DNA of 64,000 nucleotides from a bacterium (GTDB lineage Bacteria; Patescibacteriota; Minisyncoccia; Phycocordibacterales; JAGLPS01): NCBI GenBank assembly GCA_030690305.1, contig JAUYHB010000013.1, positions 5,221 to 69,220 of the forward strand, read 5' to 3'. Shown piece by piece: positions 39,215 to 48,848 of this stretch (position 1 is its first letter; each line of letters starts with the position of its first letter). The notes under the pieces were generated by a model. It saw only the letters and a program-made list of their open reading frames with translations, ran no database searches and was not told where the DNA came from. The position numbers and the translations under genes were made by a program.

Positions 39215-39577
39215 TTAATAAATTGTTTCAATATCTTGTTTTGTAAACATATGTCCCCTATCTGAAAAAGAAGTTGCGGCAGTACGCCAGGTAGAAATAA
39301 GTAATGTGTCCCCCTTCAGGACTCTCCGAATCGTTCCTATGGGGAAAATAATGACAAAAAATACGGCTGCAAAAAATATCTTCGGTACTATAAGGCCTAG
39401 TATCTCGACAAGCTTGAGCCATACCCACGCAAACGGGTAAAACACTTTCGGGACAAGAATGACAAGAACAAGAAGAACTATAGCCGCAGAAAAGAACCTT
39501 TCGTCGTATTTAAAGCCAAGAATCAAGGAAAAAAGTACCGTGATAAGGCCAGTGTCTGCAATCCATTTTTCTGTCAT
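39215..39577 (-). CDS. 120-aa 3-4 TM membrane protein (SxtJ-like), carbamoyltransferase-associated
   Basis: Hydrophobic segments 'LITVLFSLILGF', 'AAIVLLVLVILV', 'AAVFFVIIFPIG'; located 18 nt upstream of the mini-ORF. Confidence 0.5.
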   Translation of the reverse strand: MTEKWIADTGLITVLFSLILGFKYDERFFSAAIVLLVLVILVPKVFYPFAWVWLKLVEILGLIVPKIFFAAVFFVIIFPIGTIRRVLKGDTLLISTWRTAATSFSDRGHMFTKQDIETIY

Positions 39578-39628
39578 ATAGAAAGACTATAACACAAAGG
39601 TTTATAGTAATCACTGTAAAATCTTTGG

Positions 39629-41677
39629 TCAGACAATCCTTACATCCGGAACGGCAATGATGAATTTAACACCTTTTTTACGCAAGTCCCTTTCTTTTTC
39701 CAAAATCGCATCCGCGTAATTCCAAGACAGTAAAAGCATATAATCAGGGGTTTCGTTTTTCAAAATATCGGGCGAAGCTACCGGAATACGCATCCCCGGA
39801 GTAAACGTGCCTTGTTTGGCAGGAGTCGTATCGGTAATACAATCAAGAATATCCGGACCAATTTGGAAATAATTAAGCAGGGTATTGCCTTTGGCGGGTG
39901 CTCCGTATCCAAAAATCTTCTTTCCCGCTTTTTTCAGGTCAATCAGGATTTTAAGAAGTTTATTTTTGTTTGATTTGATTTTGCTTGAAAAATTCAAATA
40001 TGTTTCCTTTTTGACCAGACCCATTTTAATTTCACGATTTAAAAAATCATGCACCGCTTCAGAGATCTCCCCGGACTTTCCAACATATACCCGCATAGAC
40101 TCACCGTGGATCGGTACCAGTTTTATGTCGTTAATAGTCATGCCCAGTGAATTAATCAGGTGTTTTAAAGAATGTAGCGAGTGATAATAGATATGTTCGT
40201 GATAAATTTGGTCAAATCCGCCTTGATTTATGAGATTGCCAACCCAATGAACTTCGAAAATAAATCGGCCATTCGGAGAAAGAAGCCCTTTGACTGCGGA
40301 AAAAACGCCTCGGATATCTTCTATATGGGCCATGACGTTGTTGGCAATGACAACTTGAGCTTCGCCCAATTCAGCTTTTATTTCCTTGGATACTTTTCCT
40401 GTGAAAAAATCGACTTTTGTCGGTACATTATTTTTTATTGCAATCTTTGCTATGTTTTGGGCCGGGTCAACCCCCAAAACTCTACACCTATCTTTAATTC
40501 GCGAGAGAAGACTCCCGTCATTGCTGCCAATTTCTACAACCAGGTTACTCGGGGACTGTATGTAATCTTTTACTATTTCATCCGCGAGAGAATTAAAATG
40601 CTTAACTAACGGATCGTTTGCGGAAGTTTCGTAGTGGTAGTTTTTGTAAAGCAATTCACTGTTAACTACATGGCTTAGTTGGACAGAAAAACAGTCATTA
40701 CAAAAATTAATCGCGAGTGGAAAAAACATTTCAGGAGAGCGTAAATGCTCCTTGTGTACAAAAGCGTTTGCAAGCGGCATCAGTCCCAAATCAAGAACTG
40801 TGTCTAAATTTTTTGAGCCACAAATACCACATTTTGATTTTTGATGAAAGTTTTTCCATTCCGTTTCCAAATATTCTTTCAAAGCATCTTGCCAGGGGCG
40901 CATTAGTTTATGCCCAGACACCATAGCCTCATTTTTTACCCTGTATGCGCCAGGAAAATGGTCAAGCCCGACGGGAATGAGTTTCACATTCGGTTTTAAT
41001 GTTTCAATAATAAACTTGGCGACCTCATATCGAGAGCATGCCCCAACGTTTGAGAGATGAAAAATACCCACTGCATTTTCTTTCAATAACCGCTTTAAAG
41101 CTTCCACCAAATCTTTGCCGAAAGTCGGCGAACCGTATGCGTCATCAACCGCCTTGATTTCTTCCTTATCAAGCTGTTTGATTATTTTGCTTACAAATTT
41201 CTTGTCTTGTCTCAATCCCCCGCCAAACATCCAGCAAGCCCTGGCTATTATATAATCATCCAACATTGCCCGCACAATCAGTTCTCCTTGATGCTTTGAT
41301 TTGCCGTAAAAATTTTTAGGATTCGGCATATCCGTCTCCGCATACGGACCATTCTTCTCACCGTCAAAGACTCCCGCAGTAGAGATATATATAAGTTTCG
41401 CCCCCACATCCTTTGCGGCAATCGTAATATTATAGGTACCGACACTGTTGACTTTGTACGCATGGCGCGGGTCGCGGTCGCACAAGTCGACATCCGTTTC
41501 CGCGGCAAGATGGATAATCGCCTGAGGACGGTGGTGTCTTATTACTTTCATCACATGGTCTAGGTCAGTAATATCCAAAGACTCACGGTCCGTTTTAATC
41601 CCAAAATCAATGTAGGATCCGACCATACCCGAAGCCCCGGTAATCAAAACTTTGTTTAAATCTATTTTTCGGGACAT
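39629..41677 (-). CDS. Fusion: RmlD-like NDP-4-ketohexose reductase domain + TylCIII/NovU-type sugar C-methyltransferase domain
   Basis: Residues about 1-290: 'VLITGASGMVGSY', 'YISTAGVFDG', 'YGKSK'. Residues about 300-682: Zn-ribbon 'CGICGSKNLD...', SAM motif 'VVEIGSNDGSLL', C-MT C-terminal domain; continuous ORF with no stop. Confidence 0.75.
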   Translation of the reverse strand: MSRKIDLNKVLITGASGMVGSYIDFGIKTDRESLDITDLDHVMKVIRHHRPQAIIHLAAETDVDLCDRDPRHAYKVNSVGTYNITIAAKDVGAKLIYISTAGVFDGEKNGPYAETDMPNPKNFYGKSKHQGELIVRAMLDDYIIARACWMFGGGLRQDKKFVSKIIKQLDKEEIKAVDDAYGSPTFGKDLVEALKRLLKENAVGIFHLSNVGACSRYEVAKFIIETLKPNVKLIPVGLDHFPGAYRVKNEAMVSGHKLMRPWQDALKEYLETEWKNFHQKSKCGICGSKNLDTVLDLGLMPLANAFVHKEHLRSPEMFFPLAINFCNDCFSVQLSHVVNSELLYKNYHYETSANDPLVKHFNSLADEIVKDYIQSPSNLVVEIGSNDGSLLSRIKDRCRVLGVDPAQNIAKIAIKNNVPTKVDFFTGKVSKEIKAELGEAQVVIANNVMAHIEDIRGVFSAVKGLLSPNGRFIFEVHWVGNLINQGGFDQIYHEHIYYHSLHSLKHLINSLGMTINDIKLVPIHGESMRVYVGKSGEISEAVHDFLNREIKMGLVKKETYLNFSSKIKSNKNKLLKILIDLKKAGKKIFGYGAPAKGNTLLNYFQIGPDILDCITDTTPAKQGTFTPGMRIPVASPDILKNETPDYMLLLSWNYADAILEKERDLRKKGVKFIIAVPDVRIV

Positions 41678-41691
41678 ATTTTGTTGTCGGG

Positions 41692-42408
41692 TTATTTCTT
41701 TCTCTTACTTATAAGAAGAGAAGATTCAAGCAATGAATCTATGGTGCCCGCATCATACCACCCGCCCTTTACTATGGAAAAATCAACGATTCCTGAACGT
41801 ATGTACTGGTTTATAGAATCGGTCATTTCCAACTCTCCTCTCCGTGAAGGAGTTTGCTTCTGAATAAATGAAAAAACTTGATTGTCCATAATCCAGAAAC
41901 CGGTCTGGGCATAGGCTGATTTTGGCTTTTTTGGTTTCTCTTCTATTTTCAGTATCCGTTTCCCGCTCTTATCAAATACCGGCACTCCGTACCGCTTTGG
42001 ATCCTTCACTTTTTTAAAAAAAATCCGCACACCACTTTTGAATGTCTGTACAGATTTGGTAAAATCATCTTCAAAAATATTATCCCCCAAAATAACAGCA
42101 ATGTTGTTTTTGTCCGCAAAATCTTCCGCGTATGAAAGCGCGTCGGCTATGCCTGCATTGTTTTTATCCTGCACGGCGTAGGAAAGTTTGACTCCATATT
42201 CTTTTCCCGAGCCTAAGAAATTTATAAAGTGTCCCGCATGTTCGCGCCCGCAGACAAGAAGGATTTCAAGAATTCCCGCTTTCCGCAGTGTTTCAATAGG
42301 ATACATGATCATCGGTTTGTCATACACCGGCAACAAGTGCTTGTTTGTGACGAGAGTCAGTGGAAGAAGACGCGTACCAAGACCCCCCGCTAATATGATT
42401 CCTTTCAT
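41692..42408 (-). CDS. Sugar-1-phosphate nucleotidylyltransferase (short RmlA-like, glucose-1-phosphate thymidylyltransferase type)
   Basis: 'MKGIILAGGLGTRLLPLT' canonical; 238 aa. Confidence 0.8.
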   Translation of the reverse strand: MKGIILAGGLGTRLLPLTLVTNKHLLPVYDKPMIMYPIETLRKAGILEILLVCGREHAGHFINFLGSGKEYGVKLSYAVQDKNNAGIADALSYAEDFADKNNIAVILGDNIFEDDFTKSVQTFKSGVRIFFKKVKDPKRYGVPVFDKSGKRILKIEEKPKKPKSAYAQTGFWIMDNQVFSFIQKQTPSRRGELEMTDSINQYIRSGIVDFSIVKGGWYDAGTIDSLLESSLLISKRKK

Positions 42409-42414
42409 ATAAAT

Positions 42415-43491
42415 TTATTTTTTCTTATGGACGTTGTGAGCGCGCCACAAATCTATATGGGGGTTAAAAACTCCTGTTCTTTTTCTAACGTGATCAATCC
42501 ATTTTGGATTATTGATATACCACTCCAGGGTTTCTTTAAAGGCTTTTTCAAAAGAATATTTTTGCTTCCATCCAAGTTCTTTCATAATCTTTGTCGGGTC
42601 AACGGAATATCGACGATCATGGCCCGGCCGGTCTCCCACATATTCTATCCATGATTCGTCGCGTTTAAAATGTTTCAAGATTCGTCGGGCAATGTCGGTG
42701 TTGTCGAGTTCGTTGTCCGCACCGATATGATACACTCCACCGGGTTTACCCTTAAGAAGACACAGCTCAAGGGCACTGCAGTGATCAAGAACGTAAACCC
42801 AGTCTCTTACGTGTTTTCCATCACCATAGAGGGGCAATTTCTTGCCTTCCAACATGCGCAACACGAAAAAAGGAATGAGTTTTTCGGGATATTGGTAGGG
42901 ACCGTAGTTGTTCGAACAGTGGGTAACAACAACAGGAACTTTCCACGTGGAAAAATAAGCACGACACAGAAGATCTCCTCCCGCCTTTGTTGCCGCATAG
43001 GGCACGTTGGGAGCAAAAAGTGTGTATTCATGGAAACGTTTTTTGGAGTCAAGAGGCAAACTGCCATGAACTTCATCTGTTGAAACCTGGACATATTTTA
43101 CAACTGACGGGTGGGCCTTCACCGCTTCGGCAATATTAAAAACTCCTTCAATATTTGTCTTAATGAATTCAAGAGATGCACCGTGGATACTTCGGTCAAC
43201 GTGGGTTTCAGCGGCAAAGTTTATAACGTAATCGGGCTTATATTTTTTAAATACCCGATCAACCGTTTTCTTATTGACAATATCACCTTTTACGAAGCGG
43301 TAACGAAGTTTGGGATTCTCGGCTACATCCTTATTGTTGTCGCGATTTCCCGAATAGGTTAATTTATCAAGATTTATGATCCTGGTTTTAGGGTGTCTCG
43401 AAAAGATGTAGCGTATAAAATTAGAGCCTATAAAACCGGCTCCGCCACATACGAGAAGTGTCTTATTGTTGAATGTGAGTAATTTTGCCAT
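42415..43491 (-). CDS. rfbB: dTDP-glucose 4,6-dehydratase
   Basis: 'LLVCGGAGFIGSNF', 'NFAAETHVDRS', 'YAATKAGGD', 'HCSNNYGPYQYPEKLIP'; AAGGAGAGG RBS. Confidence 0.9.
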   Translation of the reverse strand: MAKLLTFNNKTLLVCGGAGFIGSNFIRYIFSRHPKTRIINLDKLTYSGNRDNNKDVAENPKLRYRFVKGDIVNKKTVDRVFKKYKPDYVINFAAETHVDRSIHGASLEFIKTNIEGVFNIAEAVKAHPSVVKYVQVSTDEVHGSLPLDSKKRFHEYTLFAPNVPYAATKAGGDLLCRAYFSTWKVPVVVTHCSNNYGPYQYPEKLIPFFVLRMLEGKKLPLYGDGKHVRDWVYVLDHCSALELCLLKGKPGGVYHIGADNELDNTDIARRILKHFKRDESWIEYVGDRPGHDRRYSVDPTKIMKELGWKQKYSFEKAFKETLEWYINNPKWIDHVRKRTGVFNPHIDLWRAHNVHKKK

Positions 43492-43596
43492 ATTTTCTTT
43501 CTAAACCTCTCCTTGTTTGCAAAAAAGATGCTTTTGCGCGAAAGTAGGTAACGCTTATTCTTACATAAAATGGCTAAAGGTCAAGGTTTTTGGGTG

Positions 43597-44343
43597 TTAA
43601 GAAGTTTTTATGTCTATTTTCTTTCTATGTTTTCCCAAAACCCAGCCGAGCCAGAAAGAAAGGATGAACCAGAAGATTTTGAGACCCCACTTTGCAAGCT
43701 GGTGCCACTTAGCGGTAAGTTGTGACTTTCCTATCCGCTCACTGAAAGAAATCGGAATCTCTATGAATTTTATCTTTTTGCTTACAACAAGAAGCAGGAG
43801 CTCTGTCGCGAAAAGGGCGTTGGTTGTACGCCAATAAGGGGCAAGAGAGAGTAATACTTCCTTCTCAAAGAGTTTGCATGTGCAGCCTATTTCAGTAAGA
43901 GAGTTAGTACCAAAAAAGACTTCGATTACTTTTGCCTCAAAGACATTGGCGAGCTTACGTATTAGACCCATTGAGGCTCCGTCCAGAATTGCGCTTCGAT
44001 TTGTGCGTGTCCCCATAACTACAGGGAAATCGTGTGAATATACGAGGAATTTTTCAAGGTCCGCCGCAGAATATGTTCCGTCAGGCTCTGATAAAAATAT
44101 ATAATCTCCAGTTGCCTCTTTAATACCTCGTTGGTAACCGTGCCCATATCCTTGTTTATTTTCATAGACAAGGCGTGCTTTTGTTTTCTTCACTTCTTCA
44201 TCTGTACCCGGCTCCGCATTGTTATTTACCACTACCACTTCATCAACAAAACCTGTAGCAAAATAATCATCAATCATTCTGCGGATTGACCCCTTTTCCC
44301 TATATGTAGAGAAAACAACTGAAACTTTTTTGCCTTGCCACAT
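43597..44343 (-). CDS. Glycosyltransferase family 2 with C-terminal TM anchor
   Basis: 'VSVVFSTYREKGSIRRMI...VVVVNNNAEPGT' GT-A; C-terminal 'IFWFILSFWLGWVLG'. Confidence 0.7.
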   Translation of the reverse strand: MWQGKKVSVVFSTYREKGSIRRMIDDYFATGFVDEVVVVNNNAEPGTDEEVKKTKARLVYENKQGYGHGYQRGIKEATGDYIFLSEPDGTYSAADLEKFLVYSHDFPVVMGTRTNRSAILDGASMGLIRKLANVFEAKVIEVFFGTNSLTEIGCTCKLFEKEVLLSLAPYWRTTNALFATELLLLVVSKKIKFIEIPISFSERIGKSQLTAKWHQLAKWGLKIFWFILSFWLGWVLGKHRKKIDIKTS

Positions 44344-44428
44344 ATGTTTATGTATCTAAGTTAACTCATTGTTAGAGCCGCATACCCCCATACCATAACA
44401 CGGTCGACTTTACAGAAGAAGGTTGGAA

Positions 44429-45154
44429 TCACGAGCTAACCCGCTTCCGCATAAAACGATTTTTTAGCCAAAAAGTCAATATTTTAAAAATAATTTTAAT
44501 GCCGTGCCTGTATTTTATCTTTTTTCCTTCTCCCGTACTGCGCGGTATATACGATACCGGGATTTCAAGAATGCGATATCCTTCTTCAAGCAACCGGACT
44601 AAAAAAAGCATTTCGGATTCAAACCCACCCGCGTCGAAATAGCCGAAGGTTGATTTTGGAAATAACTTATACCCCATCAGGGTGTCCGTAAGAGTGGTGC
44701 TGTATAGAAAATTAATGAGCTTTGTGATGAACACGGAGCCGAAACGAGGTAAAAATTGACTCTTATGGTCCCGTGCGCCACGAAGTTCTCGGGAACCCAT
44801 AACGGCGATCTTTGTGTTTTGGGAAACATTTTTCAACGCGGAAAGCAATAAAGGTATCTCTTCGGGTTTGCACTCAAGGTCGGCATCCTGAATAATGGCA
44901 TAATCCCCGGTTGACACGTCAATTCCCGTCTTAACCGCGTTTCCTTTTCCGCCATTTTTTGAGAGATTTATTATTTTTATGCGTGAAGAAAAACTTTCCA
45001 AAATGGCAAGGGAATTGTCCGAAGAACCGTCATTAACGGCTATAATCTCAGTGTCCCATCCTACAAAGGGAACAGCCAAAAGGCGTTCGATAATTACTCC
45101 GACAGTCTTTTCTTCGTTAAACACCGGAACAATGACTGACAATTTCCGGTTCAT
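44429..45154 (-). CDS. GT2 polyprenyl-phosphate sugar synthase (DPM1/GtrB-like)
   Basis: 'LSVIVPVFNEE', 'AVNDGSSDNS', 'IIQDADLECKPEEI'. Confidence 0.8.
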   Translation of the reverse strand: MNRKLSVIVPVFNEEKTVGVIIERLLAVPFVGWDTEIIAVNDGSSDNSLAILESFSSRIKIINLSKNGGKGNAVKTGIDVSTGDYAIIQDADLECKPEEIPLLLSALKNVSQNTKIAVMGSRELRGARDHKSQFLPRFGSVFITKLINFLYSTTLTDTLMGYKLFPKSTFGYFDAGGFESEMLFLVRLLEEGYRILEIPVSYIPRSTGEGKKIKYRHGIKIIFKILTFWLKNRFMRKRVSS

Positions 45155-45876
45155 ATCATTTTCTCTTTTTTCATTGCTAAATAATTACAGGTCATGAACA
45201 CCTCCTCTGTTTCCCTGTACTTTTTTATCTCCTGCAACCCCCATTGTGTTATCCGATAAATAACGTGTGTGTCCCCCAAAACGTACCAAAAATCCTGAAA
45301 AAATGTTTTTGAGTCGATGTCGCATCCTCCGAATTCAAATTGGATAAAATCAATGTGTTCCATCATTTTTTCCGCGCCCCTCAGCACTTTCAGTTCGTGG
45401 CCTTCGACATCCAACTTTAAAAAATGTATTTCCTGTATTCCATGTTCCCTGCAAAATTCATCAACGGTTGTCAGACTCACCTTTTCCTGCTCCGATACCG
45501 AAAGATTAAAATGCTCAAGCTTTCTCTGGTACAGAGATGTAAGTCCACCTTTATTTGCGTTCCCAAAAATCGGAGCAATTTCCTTTTTGTCACTGAAGCC
45601 TATATTGAAACAGTTATCGAAACGCTGTGCGAGATTTTCATACAATTTTTTCTGAGGTTCAAAGGAATATACAATGCAATGAGGAATACTCTCAATTACC
45701 GCTTCCCTGTAATCTCCCTTGTACGCCCCTACATCAAATATGGTAATCGTTTTGTTCCCGTAGACAGAAGATATGTGCCGCAGAGCCTTTTTTTCTCCGT
45801 TGGTATTTATGTCGGGATTTCCGAATCCCAACATAAACAGCATTTTACGGTGTATTTTTTGAAGAATTGAATACAT
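45151..45876 (-). CDS. FkbM-family methyltransferase
   Basis: 'IFDVGAYKGDY', 'LKLDVEGHELKVLRGA', 'IQFEFGG'. Confidence 0.75.
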   Translation of the reverse strand: MYSILQKIHRKMLFMLGFGNPDINTNGEKKALRHISSVYGNKTITIFDVGAYKGDYREAVIESIPHCIVYSFEPQKKLYENLAQRFDNCFNIGFSDKKEIAPIFGNANKGGLTSLYQRKLEHFNLSVSEQEKVSLTTVDEFCREHGIQEIHFLKLDVEGHELKVLRGAEKMMEHIDFIQFEFGGCDIDSKTFFQDFWYVLGDTHVIYRITQWGLQEIKKYRETEEVFMTCNYLAMKKEKMI

Positions 45877-45877
45877 A

Positions 45878-46999
45878 CTACGATTTAAGAAAATTCATAA
45901 TTTTTACCGCATACTCTCTCCATGTGTATTTTTTGACATCCTCATACGCATGCTGTGCTTTTGCCAAAGCGTCCGTTTGATTCTCAAGGACTTTCCGTAT
46001 GCCTTCTGCAAGAGACGCCGGGTCGTCGGGTGTTACAAGAATAGCATTACCCTCGTTGAGCACTTCTTTGACCGACGGCAGATCTGAAGCGACAATGGGA
46101 ACGCCGCTAGCCATATATTCAAACATTTTTATCGGTGACGTATGATGCACTGATTCTTCGGTAGCTGCGCTGTTAGGAAGCAGCAGGACGTTTGATGATT
46201 TTAAATATAAGGGAATTTCCTTTTTCTGCTTGTGTCCCGCAAATAAGATATTTTTTATACCGTCTGCTTTTTGGGAATATGTTTTTAAATCATCTTCATC
46301 CCCCCCTACAATAACAAATAAAATATCTGGGTCTTGTATTGCTCTGGCAGCTTCGATAAGCGTGTCTACGCCTTTCCATCGATATAAATTTCCGACATAC
46401 ATCGCTATCTTTTTGTCGACCGGTAAATTAAGTTTCCGTCGAATATTTTCTCTGTCTGCGGTCATGTCGTACTCTTCAATATCAACACCGTTTGGCACGG
46501 CAATTACCCTTTTAAAGCCGTTTTCCACTATTTTCCTTTTAGTCCCTTCCGAGTTGCACACCACTTTTATCTCCTTGTTTAAAAGTCTTGAAAAAATTTC
46601 CCTTTTCTTTGACCAGTTATGTACATTATAAATCGTCTCGTATTTTTTTACTTGAAAAATAAAAGCAACAAAAATATCACGCGTGTAGACAATCGAATCC
46701 TCATCGAATTTTTTAAAAATAAGCGCAAAAGAAAACCAAACCGACTGAAGATAAAACGCCAGGACACCGAGAAAACGGCTCATGAGTATAAAATCAACGG
46801 AACCAAGCGTTTCTGTTTTGAAATTTCTTTGCACACCATAATAATCAAAAATATCTTCGGTAAGATCGTTTTTCCTGTATGGATACAGAAGAGAGACTTC
46901 ATTTCCGAGAGCGGCAAATTTTTCACAGGTCTTAGCTATTTGAAAACCGTGCGCCCGCTGGTTCGGCATCCGGGTATTTACAATGTAAACGATTTTCAT
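45878..46999 (-). CDS. Glycosyltransferase family 4 (GT-B)
   Basis: 'MKIVYIVNTRMPNQRAHGFQI' N-terminus and C-terminal GT4 E-x7-E region. Confidence 0.8.
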   Translation of the reverse strand: MKIVYIVNTRMPNQRAHGFQIAKTCEKFAALGNEVSLLYPYRKNDLTEDIFDYYGVQRNFKTETLGSVDFILMSRFLGVLAFYLQSVWFSFALIFKKFDEDSIVYTRDIFVAFIFQVKKYETIYNVHNWSKKREIFSRLLNKEIKVVCNSEGTKRKIVENGFKRVIAVPNGVDIEEYDMTADRENIRRKLNLPVDKKIAMYVGNLYRWKGVDTLIEAARAIQDPDILFVIVGGDEDDLKTYSQKADGIKNILFAGHKQKKEIPLYLKSSNVLLLPNSAATEESVHHTSPIKMFEYMASGVPIVASDLPSVKEVLNEGNAILVTPDDPASLAEGIRKVLENQTDALAKAQHAYEDVKKYTWREYAVKIMNFLKS

Positions 47000-48366
47000 A
47001 CGTTCTTTGATTGAAAAATTTGCTTTTCTTTTTCCCGAAGGAATGGATACGCGGCAATAGTTAACAGTATCGGAACTACAGGAAGACGAAACCGTGCATT
47101 TGCCGTCAGACCATTGGAAGGTGTGGTAACCACAAAATACAGGATAATAATCAATGAAACAGCCACAGGAGCAGTTATCTTTTTTTCGCGCAAAAGCCTA
47201 GCACACCCGACAAAAAAAGACACCGTCACCGCAACCCAGAACAACCTCATTAAAAGAACGAGAATAAAAGGTGAAAATGCGTAGGAGTAAACTGTTTTTA
47301 CAAATTCAACGGGGGAAGAGAAGAGGAGCATGATGGCCGGTTTAGAGAGAGGCATGTGCGGAGTGATGCCGGCATTTTGAAGGACCGTGAGCATGCCGTC
47401 ATGTGTAAAAAAAGTAAACATGTTTATAGCCACAACCTGCGCAATTTCCTTTGGGTAGGGATTTATTATCTCAATAGCTGCTTTATTAAATTGGGAAGCA
47501 TTTTTAAATGTCAAAATTTCCGAATGAATTCCCGGGCTCTCCAAGAGCTTTTTCTGCTCTAAGGCAAAACTCGTATTGTTATGCACTGCTAAAACCGAAG
47601 GCACGAATGTGAAATAGAGATTGAGAGAAGGTATGACAGTCATCCCGGGTGTCCCAAAGACTTTATAATTTCTATAGAGCCACGGCGAGAGCATTGAAAG
47701 AAAGATTATTAGAAAAAGCAGACTGTGCGAGATTATTTTTTTAAATGAAACATTTTTCCTGGAAACCCACCACATAATCGGGATTAGGAAGATTGGAAAA
47801 AACTGGACTGCGGGTTTTGTAAGTGCTGATATTCCCAAAAAAAATACGCTAAGTAGAAGCAATTTGACACTACCCTTTTCAAGATAAGAAATGAAAGAAA
47901 GTATGAAAAGCAAAAAGAGGAAAATAAACAGCGTTTCGCTAAAAAAGATCGACGAAAAAAGCATAAGGTTAGGTTCCAGAGCGAGCGCAATGCCTACAAA
48001 AAGGGCGATTTTTTCGGACGGAATGAGTTTGAGGGAAAGCATTCTTCCCAAAACGGGAATGCAAGAACCCATGATGATTTGTGCAATTACAGCAAACACG
48101 AAGTTACCGAACAAAAACAGAGATGATGAGAGAAAGAGTGGGTACAAAGGCACATGAATGGGACTTGGCCTGCCAGGAAACAGGGAAAAACCGATTCCAT
48201 TGGTAATGTTTTTGGCAACCTCGAAGTACCAGTCGGAACCGTGTATCGTACCTTCAAAATCCCCTCCATAAGCAGACAAGTTAATAAAAAACAAAACGAC
48301 TCTCGCAGACAAAGCGAGTAGAAAAATAAAAAGTGGGATTTTATACTTTTTGAGGAAATACATCAA
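46996..48366 (-). CDS. GT-C fold membrane glycosyltransferase (ArnT/PMT-like, GT39/GT83)
   Basis: 456 aa, more than 10 TM segments, first periplasmic loop 'AYGGDFEGTIHGSDWYFEVAKN'. Confidence 0.7.
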   Translation of the reverse strand: MMYFLKKYKIPLFIFLLALSARVVLFFINLSAYGGDFEGTIHGSDWYFEVAKNITNGIGFSLFPGRPSPIHVPLYPLFLSSSLFLFGNFVFAVIAQIIMGSCIPVLGRMLSLKLIPSEKIALFVGIALALEPNLMLFSSIFFSETLFIFLFLLFILSFISYLEKGSVKLLLLSVFFLGISALTKPAVQFFPIFLIPIMWWVSRKNVSFKKIISHSLLFLIIFLSMLSPWLYRNYKVFGTPGMTVIPSLNLYFTFVPSVLAVHNNTSFALEQKKLLESPGIHSEILTFKNASQFNKAAIEIINPYPKEIAQVVAINMFTFFTHDGMLTVLQNAGITPHMPLSKPAIMLLFSSPVEFVKTVYSYAFSPFILVLLMRLFWVAVTVSFFVGCARLLREKKITAPVAVSLIIILYFVVTTPSNGLTANARFRLPVVPILLTIAAYPFLREKEKQIFQSKNV

Positions 48367-48377
48367 AGAGAGGAGCT

Positions 48378-48818
48378 TTATTCTTTTTCGTTATATGGAA
48401 TCGGCTGAACCTCTTCCCTGCTAAAAATAAATATTTTGTTGAACAAAAAAGAGACAACTGCTGTGATTCCAATGGTAAGAATCTGCGCAACGATATACCA
48501 GATATGCACTATGTCTACAAAAAAATACATAAAAGCCACGTTAAGCGCAAGCATCCCCCCTGCCAAAAATACATATTGGATCATCTGAAAGTGTACTCTA
48601 TGGAGAGAGTGGTCTTTGAATGTCCAAAACTTCTGAAACCCAAAGGAGACAAAAGCGGAAAATATAAAAGCCCATACAACGCCCACAAGATAGGAGATGC
48701 CGAACACCTCAACAAATAGGGCGAGCATACCAACCTGAGAACCGGCCGCAATACACCCGGAAACGCCGTATTTGAAGACAACACGAAAATCCCTAAATTG
48801 GTCAATCAAGAATTTCAC
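48378..48818 (-). CDS. GtrA-family small membrane protein (flippase-associated)
   Basis: 146 aa, 4 TM; 'FKYGVSGCIAAGSQVGMLALFVEVFG...FQKFWTFKD' matches the GtrA pattern. Confidence 0.75.
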   Translation of the reverse strand: MKFLIDQFRDFRVVFKYGVSGCIAAGSQVGMLALFVEVFGISYLVGVVWAFIFSAFVSFGFQKFWTFKDHSLHRVHFQMIQYVFLAGGMLALNVAFMYFFVDIVHIWYIVAQILTIGITAVVSFLFNKIFIFSREEVQPIPYNEKE

Positions 48819-48848
48819 TATTCGCCTATTGTAGCACAGAGAAACCCC

